Positions 11,501 through 24,500 of a DNA stretch of 46,346 bases are shown in pieces. A program made the translations under genes and the position numbers. The notes under the pieces were generated by a model. That model saw nothing but the letters and a program-made list of their open reading frames with translations, was not told the DNA's origin and made no database searches. The DNA is from Raillietiella orientalis (lineage: Eukaryota): assembly GCA_036172245.1 (NCBI GenBank), contig JAYWIR010000170.1:1-46346 (forward strand), read 5' to 3'. Each line of letters opens with the position of its first letter. Within the stretch, counting starts at the first letter, position 1.

Positions 11501-14500
11501 TCACACCAAATGGATGCTCCCGGATGAGACGCTAAACTGCAATGGTGAAATCTGATGACTTCAAAGTGGTAACAACCCTCAAAAACTTGCAAATTTAGAC
11601 CATATAATGAATCAGAGCAAAGGGAAACATTCTCTTTATTACTTCGACTGTGGTTACTATGAAAACCAGACAGAAGCCAAAGTGCCCCACCCTGATGAAA
11701 CTTCGAACTAATCTCCATGTTCTCCTGAACCAAGGAAATCGGAAGGTTCTGCGGGTGTCCATGAATGGAATTTGCCACTCACACCAAATGGATGCTCCCG
11801 GATGAGACGCTAAACTGCAATGGTGAAATCTGCTGACTTCGATGTGATTACAACCCCCTAAAAGTTGCAAATTTGGACCATATAATGAATCAGAGCCTAG
11901 GGAAACATTCTCTTTCTAACTCCGACACTGGTTACCATGAAAACCACACAGAGACCAAAGTGGCACACCCTAATGAAACTTCGAAGTCATCTCAATGTTC
12001 TTCTGAACCAAGGAAATTGGAAGGTTGTGCGGGTGTCCATGAAGGTAATTTGCAGCTCACTGCAAATAGATACTTCGTGAAGAGGCGCAAAAGTGCAATG
12101 GTGAAATCTGCTGACTTCGAAGTGATTACAACCCCATAAAAGTTGCAAATTTGGACCATATAATGAATCAGAGCCTAGGGAAACATTCTCTTTCTAACTC
12201 CGACACTGGTTACCATGAAAACCACACAGAGACCAAAGTGGCACACCCTAATGAAACTTCGAAGTCATATCAATGTTCTTCTGAACCAAGAAAATTGCAA
12301 GGTTGTGCGGGTGTCCATGAAGGTAATTTGCAGCTCACTGCAAATAGATACTTCGTGAAGAGGCGCAAAAGTGCAATGGTGAAATCTGCTGACTTCGAAG
12401 TGATTACAACCCCATAAAAGTTGCAAATTTGGACAATATAATGAATCAGAGCGAATGGAAACATTGTCTTTCTAACTCCGACACTGGTTACCGTGAATAC
12501 TACACAGAGGCCTAAGTGCCACGCCCTAATGAAACTTCGAACTCATCTCAATGTTCTTCTGAATCAAGGAAATTGGAAGTTTGTGCGGGTGTCCTTGAAG
12601 GGAATTTGCCACTCACTGCAAATGGATGCTTCGTGAAGAGGCGTCAAAGTGCAATTGTGAAATCTGATGACTTCGAAGTGGTAACAACCCTCAAAAACTT
12701 GCAAATTTCGACCATATAATGAATCAGAGCAAAAGGAAACATTCTCTTTATAACTTCGACAGTGGTTACTATGAAAACCAGACAGAAGCCAAAGTGCCCC
12801 ACCCTCATGAAACTTCGAACTAATCTCCATGTTCTCCTGAACCAAGGAAATCGGAAGGTTCTTCGGGTGTCCATGAATGGAATTTGCCACTCACACCAAA
12901 TGGATGCTCCCGGATGAGACGCTAAACTGCAATGGTGAAATCTGATGACTTCAAAGTGGTAACAACCCTCAAAAACTTGCAAATTTAGACCATATAATGA
13001 ATCAGAGCAAAGGGAAACATTCTCTTTATTACTTCGACTGTGGTTACTATGAAAACCAGACAGAAGCCAAAGTGCCCCACCCTGATGAAACTTCGAACTA
13101 ATCTCCATGTTCTCCTGAACCAAGGAAATCGGAAGGTTCTGCGGGTGTCCATGAATGGATTTTGCCACTCACACCAAATGGATGCTCCCGGATCAGACGC
13201 TAAACTGCAATGGTGAAATCTGCTGACTTCGATGTGATCACAACCCCCTAAAAGTTGCAAATTTGGACCATATAATGAATCAGAGCCTAGGGAAACATTC
13301 TCTTTCTAACTCCGACACTGGTTACCATGAAAACCACACAGAGACCAAAGTGGCACACCCTAATTTAACTTCGAAGTCATCTCAATGTTCTTCTGAACCA
13401 AGGAAATTGGAAGGTTGTGCGGGTGTCCATGAAGGTAATTTGCAGCTCACTGCAAATAGATACTTCGTGAAGAGGCGCAAAAGTGCAATGGTGAAATCTG
13501 CTGACTTCGAAGTGATTACAACCCCCTAAAAGTTGCAAATTTGGACCATATAATGAATCAGAGCAAAGGGAAACATTCTCTTTCTAACTCCGACACTGGT
13601 TACCATGAAAACCACACAGAGACCAAAGTGCCCCACCCTCATGAAACTTCGAACTAATCTCCATGTTCTCCTGAACCAAGGAAATCGGAAGGTTCTTCGG
13701 GTGTCCATGAATGGAATTTGCCACTCACACCAAATGCATGCTCCCGCATGAGACGCTAAACTGCAATGGTGAAATCTGCTGACTTCGATGTGATTACAAC
13801 CCCCTAAAAGTTGCAAATTTTGGACAATATAATGAATCAGAGCAAAGGGAAACATTCTCTTTATTACTTCGACTGTGGTTGCTATGAAAACCAGACAGCG
13901 ACCAAAGTGGTACACCCTAATGAAACTTCGAAGTCATCTCAATGTTCTTCTGAACCAAGGAAATTGGAAGGTTGTGCGGGTGTCCATGAAGGTAATTTGC
14001 AGCTCACTGCAAATAGATACTTCGTGAAGAGGCGCAAAAGTGCAATGGTGAAATCTGCTGACTTCGAAGTGATTACAACCCCATAAAAGTTGCAAATTTG
14101 GACCATATAATGAATCAGAGCCTAGGGAAACATTCTCTTTCTAACTCCGACACTGGTTACCATGAAAACCACACAGAGACCAAAGTGGCACACCCTAATG
14201 AAACTTCGAAGTCATCTCAATGTTCTTCTGAACCAAGGAAATTGGAAGGTTGTGCGGGTGTCCATGAAGGTAATTTGCAGCTCACTGCAAATAGATACTT
14301 CGTGAAGAGGCGCAAAAGTGCAATGGTGAAATCTGCTGACTTCGAAGTGATTACAACCCCATAAAAGTTGCAAATTTGGACCATATAATGAATCAGAGCC
14401 TAGGGAAACATTCTCTTTCTAACTCCGACACTGGTTACCATGAAAACCACACAGAGACCAAAGTGGCACACCCTAATGAAACTTCGAAGTCATCTCAATG

Positions 14501-15487
14501 TTCTTCTGAACCAAGGAAATTGCAAGGTTGTGCGGGTGTCCATGAAGGTAATTTGCAGCTCACTGCAAATAGATACTTCGTGAAGAGGCGCAAAAGTGCA
14601 ATGGTGAAATCTGCTGACTTCGAAGTGATTACAACCCCATAAAAGTTGCAAATTTGGACAATATAATGAATCAGAGCGAATGGAAACATTGTCTTTCTAA
14701 CTCCGACACTGGTTACCGTGAATACTACACAGAGGCCTAAGTGCCACGCCCTAATGAAACTTCGATCTCATCTCAATGTTCTTCTGAATCAAGGAAATTG
14801 GAAGTTTGTGCGGGTGTCCTTGAAGGGAATTTGCCACTCACTGCAAATGGATGCTTCGTGAAGAGGCGTCAAAGTGCAATTGTGAAATCTGATGACTTCG
14901 AAGTGGTAACAACCCTCAAAAACTTGCAAATTTCGACCATATAATGAATCAGAGCAAAAGGAAACATTCTCTTTATAACTTCGACAGTGGTTACTATGAA
15001 AACCAGACAGAAGCCAAAGTGCCCCACCCTCATGAAACTTCGAACTAATCTCCATGTTCTCCTGAACCAAGGAAATCGGAAGGTTCTTCGGGTGTCCATG
15101 AATGGAATTTGCCACTCACACCAAATGGATGCTCCCGGATGAGACGCTAAACTGCAATGGTGAAATCTGATGACTTCAAAGTGGTAACAACCCTCAAAAA
15201 CTTGCAAATTTAGACCATATAATGAATCAGAGCAAAGGGAAACATTCTCTTTATTACTTCGACTGTGGTTACTATGAAAACCAGACAGAAGCCAAAGTGC
15301 CCCACCCTGATGAAACTTCGAACTAATCTCCATGTTCTCCTGAACCAAGGAAATCGGAAGGTTCTGCGGGTGTCCATGAATGGAATTTGCCACTCACACC
15401 AAATGGATGCTCCCGGATGAGACGCTAAACTGCAATGGTGAAATCTGCTGACTTCGATGTGATCACAACCCCCTAAAAGTTGCAAAT
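8538..15487 (+). repeat. Four copies of a 4-monomer higher-order unit A-B-C-D (8538-9649, 10761-11872, 12151-13262, 14376-15487)
   Basis: The variant order is the same in all four copies. Shared markers are gcaattgtg (~9040, 11263, 12653, 14878) and gacttcaaagtggt (~9335, 11558, 12948, 15173). The D monomer of the first copy has an A-type 3' half. Confidence 0.85.
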
Positions 15488-18400
15488 TTGGACCATATAA
15501 TGAATCAGAGCCTAGGGAAACATTCTCTTTCTAACTCCGACACTGGTTACCATGAAAACCACACAGAGACCAAAGTGGCACACCCTAATTTAACTTCGAA
15601 GTCATCTCAATGTTCTTCTGAACCAAGAAAATTGGAAGGTTGTGCGGGTGTCCATGAAGGTAATTTGCAGCTCACTGCAAATAGATACTTCGTGAAGAGG
15701 CGCAAAAGTGCAATGGTGAAATCTGCTGACTTCGAAGTGATTACAACCCCATAAAAGTTGCAAATTTGGACCATATAATGAATCAGAGCCTAGGGAAACA
15801 TTCTCTTTCTAACTCCGACACTGGTTACCATGAAAACCACACAGAGACCAAAGTGGCACACCCTAATGAAACTTCGAAGTCATATCAATGTTCTTCTGAA
15901 CCAAGAAAATTGCAAGGTTGTGCGGGTGTCCATGAAGGTAATTTGCAGCTCACTGCAAATAGATACTTCGTGAAGAGGCGCAAAAGTGCAATGGTGAAAT
16001 CTGATGACTTCGAAGTGATTACAACCCTCAAAAACTTGCAAATTTAGACCATATAATGAATCAGAGCAAAGGGAAACATTCTCTTTATTACTTCGACTGT
16101 GGTTACTATGAAAACCAGACAGAAGCCAAAGTGCCCCACCCTGATGAAACTTCGAACTAATCTCCATGTTCTCCTGAACCAAGGAAATCGGATGGTTCTG
16201 CGGGTGTCCATGAATGGAATTTGCCACTGACACCAAATGGATGCTCCCGGATAAGACGCTAAACTGCAATGGTCAAATCTGCTGACTTCGATGTGATAAC
16301 AACCCCCTAAAAGTTGCAAATTTGGACAATAAAATGAATCAGAGCGAATGGAAACATTGTCTTTCTAAATCGGACACTGGTTACCGTGAAAACCACACAG
16401 ACACCAATGTGCTCCATCCTAATAAAACTTCGAACTCATCTCCATGTTCCCCTGAACCAAGGAAATTCGAAGGTTATGCGGGTGTCCATGAATGGAATTT
16501 GCCACTCACTGCAAATAGATTCTTTTTGAAGAGGCGCCAAAGTGCAATGGTGAAATCTGCTGACTTCGAAGTGATCACAACCCTCAAAAACTTGCAAATT
16601 TAGACCATATAATGAATCCGAGCAAAGGGAAACATTCTCTTTATAACTCCGACACTAGTTTCCATGAAAACCACACAGAGGCCAAAGTGCCCCACCCTAA
16701 TGAAACTTCGAACTCATCTCCATGTTCCCCTGAACCAAGGAAATTCGAAGGTTATGCGGGTGTCCATGGATGGAATTTCCCTCTCACACCAAATGGTTGC
16801 TCCCGAATGAAACGCTAAAGTGCAATGGTGAATCTGCTGACTTCGAAGTGATTACAACCCCATACAAGTTGCAAATTTGGACAATATAATGAATCAGAGC
16901 GAATGGAAACATTGTCTTTCCAAATCGGACACTGGTTACCGTGAAAACCACACAGACACCAAAGTGCTCCATCCTAATAAAACTTCGAACTCATCTCCAT
17001 GTTCCCCTGAACCAAGGAAATTCGAAGGTTATGCGGTTGTCCATGAATGGAATTTGCCACTAACTGCAAATAAATTCTTTTTGAAGAGGCGCAAAAGTGC
17101 AATGGTGAAATCTGCTGACTTCGAAGTGATTACAAACCCCTAAAAGTTGCAAATTTGGACCATATAATGAATCAGAGCAAAGGGAAACATTCTCTTTATT
17201 ACTTCGACTGTGGTTACTATGAAAACCAGACAGCGACCAAAGTGGTACACCCTAATGAAACTTCGAAGTCATCTCAATGTTCTTCTGAACCAAGGAAATT
17301 CGAAGGTTGTGCGGGTGTCCATCAAGGTAATTTGCAGCTCACTGCAAATAGATACTTCGTGAAGAGGGGCAAAAGTGCAATGGTGATATCTGCTGACTTC
17401 GAAGTGATTACATCCCTCAAAAACTTGCAACTTTAGACCATATAATGAATCAGAGCAAAGGGAAACATTCTCTCTATTACTTCGACTGTGGTTACTATGA
17501 AAACCAGATCGAAGCCAAAGTGCCCCACCCTGATGAAACTTCGAACTAATCTCCATGTTCTCCTGAACCAAGGAAATCGGAAGGTTCTGCGGGTGTCCAT
17601 GAATGGAATTTGGCACTCACACCAAATGGATGCACCCGTATGAAACGCTAAACTGCAATGGTGAAATCTGCTGACATCGATGTGATCACAACCCCCTAAA
17701 AGTTGCAAATTTTGACCATATAATGAATCAGAGCCTAGGGAAACATTCTCTTTCTAACTCCGACACTGGTTACCATGAAAACCACACAGAGACCAAAGTG
17801 GCACACCCTAATTTAACTTCGAAGTCATCTCAATGTTCTTCTGAACCAAGGAAATTGGAAGGTTGTGCGGGTGTCCATGAAGGTAATTTGCAGCTCACTG
17901 CAAATAGATACTTCGTGAAGAGGCGCAAAAGTGCAATGGTCAAATCTGCTGACTTCGAAGTGATTACAAGCCCCTAAAAGTTGCAAATTTGGACCATATA
18001 ATGAATCAGAGCAAAGGGAAACATTCTCTTTATTACTTCGACTGTGGTTACTATGAAAACCAGACAGCGACCAAAGTGGTACACCCTAATGAAACTTCGA
18101 AGTCATCTCAATGTTCTTCTGAACCAAGGAAATTGGAAGGTTGTGCGGGTGTCCATGAAGGTAATTTGCAGCTCACTGCAAATAGATACTTCGTGAAGAG
18201 GCGCAAAAGTGCAATGGTGAAATCTGCTGACTTCGAAGTGATTACAACCCCATAAAAGTTGCAAATTTGGACAATATAATGAATCAGAGCGAATGGAAAC
18301 ATTGTCTTTCTAACTCCGACACTGGTTACCGTGAAAACTACACAGAGGCCTAAGTGCCACGCCCTAATGAAACTTCGAACTCATCTCAATGTTCTTCTGA

Positions 18401-18544
18401 ATCAAGGAAATTGGAAGTTTGTGCGGGTGTCCTTGAAGGGAATTTGCCACTCACTGCAAATGGATGCTTCGTGAAGAGGCGTCAAAGTGCAATCGTGAAA
18501 TCTGATGACTTCGAAGTGGTAACAACACCCAAAAACTTACAAAT

Positions 18545-21500
18545 TTAGACCATATAATGAATCAGAGCAAAGGAAAACATTCTCTTTATAACTCCGACAC
18601 TGGTTACCATGGAAAGCACACAGAGGACAAAGTGCCTCACTCTAATGAAACTTCGAACTCATTTCAATGTTTTTCTGAATCAAGGAAATTGGAAGGTGGT
18701 GAGGGTTTCCATGTCGGCTAATTGCCACTCACTGCAATTAGATGCTTTGTGAAGTGGCGCAAAAGTGCAATGGTGGATTCTCCTGACTTCGAAGTGTTTC
18801 CGAAACCCAAAAAGGTGTATATTTCGAACACATAATGAATAGGAGCAAAGGGAAACATTCTCTTTCTACCTCCGACACTCGTTACCATGAAAACCACACA
18901 GAGGCCAAAGTGCTCCATCCTAATGAAACTTCGAACTAAACTCCATAATCTCCTGAACCAAGGAAATCGGAAGGTTCTGCAAGTGTCCATGAATGGAATT
19001 TGCCACTCACACCAAATGGATACTCCCGGATGAGACGCTAAACTGCAGTGGTGAAATCTTCTGACTTTGATGTGATTACAACCCCCTACAAGTTGCATAT
19101 TTGGACCATATAATGAATCAGGGCGTAGGGAAACATTCTCTTTCTAACTCCGACACTGGTTACCATGGAAACCGCACAGAGGACAAAGTGCCCCTCCCTT
19201 ATGAAACTTCGACCTGATCTCAATGTTTTTCTGAACCAAGGAAATTGGAAGGTTGTGCGGGTGTCCATGAAGGAAAATTTCCACTCACTGCAATTGCATG
19301 CTTCGTGAAGAGGCGCCAAAGTGCAATGGTGAAATCTGCTGACTTTGAAGTGGTACCAACCGTGACAAAGTTGCAAATTAAGACCATCTAATGAATCAGA
19401 GCAAAGCGAAACATTCTCTTTATAACTTCGACACTGGTTACTATGAAAACCAGACAGAAGCCAAAGAGCCCCACCCTAATCAAACTTCGAACTCATCTCA
19501 CTGTTCTTCTGCACCAAGGAAATTGGAAGGTTATGGGGTTTCCATGTCGGTAAATTGCCACTCACTGCAAATAGATGCTTCGTGAAGAGGCGCAAAAGCG
19601 CAATGGTGAAATCTGCTGACTTCGAAGAGTTTCCAAACCCCAAAAAGTTGCATATTTCGAACACATAATGAATCGGAGCAAAGGGAAACATTCTCTTTAT
19701 AACTCCGACACTGGTTTCCATGAAAACCACACAGACACCAAAGTGCTCCATCCTAATAAAACTTCGAACTCATCTCTATTTTCCCCTAAACCAAGGAAAT
19801 TCGAAGGTTATGCGGGTGTTCATGAATGGAATTTGCCACTCAATCCAAATAGATTCTTTTTGAAGAGGCGCAAAAGTGCAATGGTTTCATCTGCAGACTT
19901 CGAAGTGTTTATAAACCCCAAAAAGTTTCATATTTCGGACACATAATGAATTGGAGCAAAGGGAAACATAATCTTTCTACCTCCGACACTGGTTACCATG
20001 AAAACCACACAAAGGCCAAAGTGCTCCACCCTAATGAGACTTCGAAGTCATCTCAATGTTCTTCTGAACCAAGGAAATTGGAAGGTTGTGCGGGTGTCCA
20101 TCAAGGTAATTTGCAGCTCACTGCAAATAGATACTTTGTGAAGAGGCGCAAAAGTGCAATGGTGAAATCTGCTGACTTCGAAGTGATTACAACCCCCTAA
20201 AAGTTGCAAATTTGGACCATATAATGAATCAGAGCCTAGGGAAACATTCTCTTTCTAACTCCGACACTGGTTACCATGAAAACCACACAGAAGCCAAAGT
20301 GCCCCACCCTAATGAAACTTCGAACTAATCTCCATGTTCTCCTGAACCAAGGAAATCGTATGGTTCTGCGGGTGTCCATGAATGGAATTTGCCACTCACA
20401 CCAAATGGATGCTCCCGGATGAGACGCTAAAGTGCAATGGTGAAATCTGCTGACTTCGATGTGATTACAACCCCCTAAAAGTTGCAAATTTGGACCATAT
20501 AATGAATCAGAGCCTAGGGAAACATTCTCTTTCTAACTCCGACACTGGTTACCATGAAAACCACACAGAGGCCAAAGTGGCACACCCTAATGAAACTTCG
20601 ACCTGATCTCAATGTTCTTCTGAACCAAGGAAATTGGAAGGTTGTGCGGGTGTCCATGAAGGTAAATTTCCACTCACTGCAAATGGATGCTTCGTGAAGA
20701 GGCGCCAAAGTGCAATGGTGAAATCTGCTGACTTTGAAGTGGTACCAACCGTGACAAAGTTGCAAATTAAGACCATCTAATGAATCGGAGCAAAGGGAAA
20801 CATTCTCTTTATAACTTCGACACTGGTTACCATGAAAACCACACAGAGACCAAAGTGGCACACCCTAATGAAACTTCGAACTCATCTCCATGTTCCCCTG
20901 AACCAAGGAAATTCGAAGGTTATGCGGGTGTCCATGGATGGAATTTCCCTCTCACACCAAATGGATGCTCCCGGATGAAACGCTAAAGTGCAAGGGTGAA
21001 TCTGCTGACTTCGAAGTGATTACAACCCCATAAAAGTTGCAAATTTGGACAATATAATGAATCAGAGCGAATGGAAACATTGTCTTTCTAAATCGGACAC
21101 TGGTTACCGTGAAAACCACACAGACACCAAAGTTCTGCATCCTAATAAAACTTCGAACTCATCTCCATTTTCCCCTGAATCAAGGAAATTCGAAGGTTAT
21201 GCGGGTGTTCATGAATGGAATTTGCCACTCACTGCAAATAGATTCTTTTTGAAGAGGCGCAAAAGTGCAATGGTTTCATCTGCAGACTCGAAGTGTTTAC
21301 AAACCCCAAAAAGTTGCATATTTCGGACACATAATGAATTGGAGCAAAGGGAAACATAATCTTTCTACCTCCGACACTGGTAACCGTCCAAACCACACAG
21401 ACGCCAAAGTGCTCCATCCTAATAAAACTTCGAACTCATCTCCATGTTCCCCTGAACCAAGGAAATTCGAAGATTATGCGGGTGTCCATGAAGGGAATTT

Positions 21501-24500
21501 GCCACTCACTGCAAATGCATGCTTCGTGAAGAGGCGTCAAAGTGCAATGGTGAAATCTGATCACTTCGAAGTGGTAACAACCCTCAAAAACTATCAAATT
21601 TACACCATATAATGAATCAGAGCAAAGGGAAATATTCTCTTTATAACTCCGACACTGGTTACCGTGAAAACTACACAGAGGCCTAAGTGCCACACCCTAA
21701 TGAAACTTCGAAATCATCTCAATGTTCTTTTGAACCAAGGAAATTGGATGCTTGTGCGGGTTTCCACGTCGGCAAATTGCCACTAACTGCAAATAGAAGC
21801 TTCGTGAAGAGGCACAAAAGTGCATTAGTGAAATCTGCTGTCTTCAGGGTGATCACAACCTCCAAAAAGTCGCAAATTTGAACCATATAATCAATCAGAG
21901 CAAAGGGAAACAATCTCTTTCTAGCTCCGACACTGCTTACCATGGAAAGCACACAGAGGACAAAGTGCCTCACTCTAATGATACTTCGAACTCATTTCAA
22001 TGTTCTTCTGAACCAAGCAAATTGGAAGTTGGTGCGGGTTTCCATGTCGGCTAATTGCCACTCACTGCAAATAGATGCTTCGTGAAGTGGCGCAAAAGTG
22101 CAATGGTGAATTCTGCTGACTTCGAAGTGTTTCCAAAACAGAAAAAGTGTATATTTCGAACACATAATGAATCGCAGCAAAGGGAAACATTCTCTTTCTA
22201 CCTCCGACACTCGTTACCATGAAAACCACACAGAGGCCAAAGTGCTCCACCCTAATGAAACTTCGAACTATTCTCCATAATCTCATGAACCAAGGAAATC
22301 AGAAGGTTCTGCAAATGTCCATGAATGGAATTTGCCAATCACACCAAATGGATACTCCCGGATGAGACGCTAAACTGCAGTGGTGAAATCTTCTGACTTC
22401 GATGTGATTACAACCCCCTACAAGTTGCATATTTGGACCATATAATGAATCAGAGCCTAGGGAAACATTCTCTTTCTAACTCCGACACTGGTTACCATGG
22501 AAACCGCACAGAGGACAAAGTGCCCCTCCCTAATGAAACTTCGACCTGATCTCAATGTTTTAATGAACCAAGGAAATTGGAAGGTTGTGCGGGTGTCCAT
22601 GAAGGAAAATTTCCACTCACTGCAATTGCATGCTTCGTGAAGAGGCGCCAAAGTGCAATGGTGAAATCTGCTGACTTTGAAGTGATACCAACCGTGACAA
22701 AGTTGCAAATTAAGACCATCTAATGAATCAGAGCAAAGGCAAACATTCTCTTTATAACTTCGACACTGGTTACTATGAAAACCAGACAGAAGCCAAAGAG
22801 CCCCACCCTAATCAAACTTCGAACTCATCTCACAGTTCTTCTGCACCAAGGAAATTAGAAGGTTGTGCGGGTTTCCATGTCGGTAAATTGTTACTCACTG
22901 CAAATAGATGCTTCGTGAAGAGGCGCAAAAGCGCAATGGTGAAATCTGCTGACTTCGAAGTGTTTACAAACCCCAAAAAGTTGCATATTTCGAACACATA
23001 ATGAATCGGAGCAAAGGGAAACATTCTCTTTCTACCACCGACGCTGGTTACCATGAAAACCACACAAGGCCAAAGTGCTCCACCCTAATGAGACTTCGAG
23101 CTAATCTCCATGTTCTCCTGAACCAAGGAAACCGGAAGGTTCTGCGGGTGTCCATCAATGGAATTTGCCACTCACACCAAATGGATGCTCCCGTATGAGA
23201 CGCTAAACTGCAATGGTGAAATCTGCTGAATTCGATGTGATTACAACCCCCTAAAAGTTGCAAATTTGGACCATATAATGAATCAGAGCGTAGGGAATCA
23301 TTCTCTTTCTAACTCCGACACTGGTTACCATTTAAAACACACAGAGACCAAACTGGCACACCCTAATGAATCTTCGAAGTCATCTCAATGTTCTTCTGAA
23401 CCAAGGAAATTGGAAGGTTGTCCGGGTGTCCATGAAGGTAATTTGCAGCTGACTGCAAATAGAAACTTCGTGAAGAGGAGCAAAAGTGCAATGGTGAAAT
23501 CTGCTGACTTCGAAGTGATTACAACCCCATAAAAGTTGCAAATTTGGACAATATAATGAATCAGAGCGAATAGAAACATTGTCTTTCTAACTCCCACACT
23601 GGTTACCGTGAAAACTACACAGGGGCCTAAGTGCCGCATCCTAATGAAACTTCGAACTCATCTCAATGTTCTTCTGAATCAAGGAAATTGGAAGTTTGTG
23701 CGGGTGTCCTTCAAGGGAATTTGCCACTCACTGCAAATGTATGCTTCGTGAAGAGGCGTCAAAGTGCAATGGTGAAATCTGATGACTTCGAAGTGGTAAC
23801 AACCCTCAAAAACTTGCAAATTTAGACCATATAATGAATCAGAGCAAAGAAAAACATTCTCTTTATAACTTCGACACTCGTTACCATGAAAACCACACAG
23901 AGGCCAAAGTGCTCCACCCTAATGAAACTTCGAACTAATCTCCATAATCTCCTGAACCAAGGAAATCGGAAGGTTCTGCAAATGTCCATGAATGGAATTT
24001 GCCAATCACACCAAATGGATACTCCCGGATGAGACGCGAAACTGCAGTGGTGAATCTGCTGACTTCGAAGTGATTACAACCCCATAAAAGTTGCAAATTT
24101 GGTCAATATAATGAATCAGAGCGAATGGAAACATTGTCTTTCTAAATCGGACACTGGTTACCGTGAAAACCACACAGACACCAAAGTGCTCCATCCTAAT
24201 AAAACTTCGAAATCATCTCCATTTTCCCCTGAACCAAGGAAATTCGAAGGTTATGCGGGTGTTCATGAATGGAATTTGCCACTCACTGCAAATAGATTCT
24301 TTTTGAAGAGGCGCAAAAGTGCAATGGTTTCATCTGCAGACTTCGAAGTGTTTACAAACCCCAAAAAGTTGCATATTTCGGACACATAATGAATTGGAGC
24401 AAAGGGAAACATAATCTTTCTACCTCCGACACTGGTAACCGTGCAAACCACACAGACGCCAAAGTGCCGCATCCTAATGAAACTTCGAACTCATCTCAAT

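Larger units (their letters stand above)
1..18544 (+). repeat. Homogenised (recently expanded) satellite domain built from a few monomer variants
   Basis: It is dominated by variant A plus a few recurrent variants: B (gaatactacacagaggcctaag...gtttgtgcgggtgtccttg), C/D (ctcccggatgagacgc) and G (ttattacttcgactgtgg...gcgacc). Private substitutions are few. The right boundary is approximate. Confidence 0.85.
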
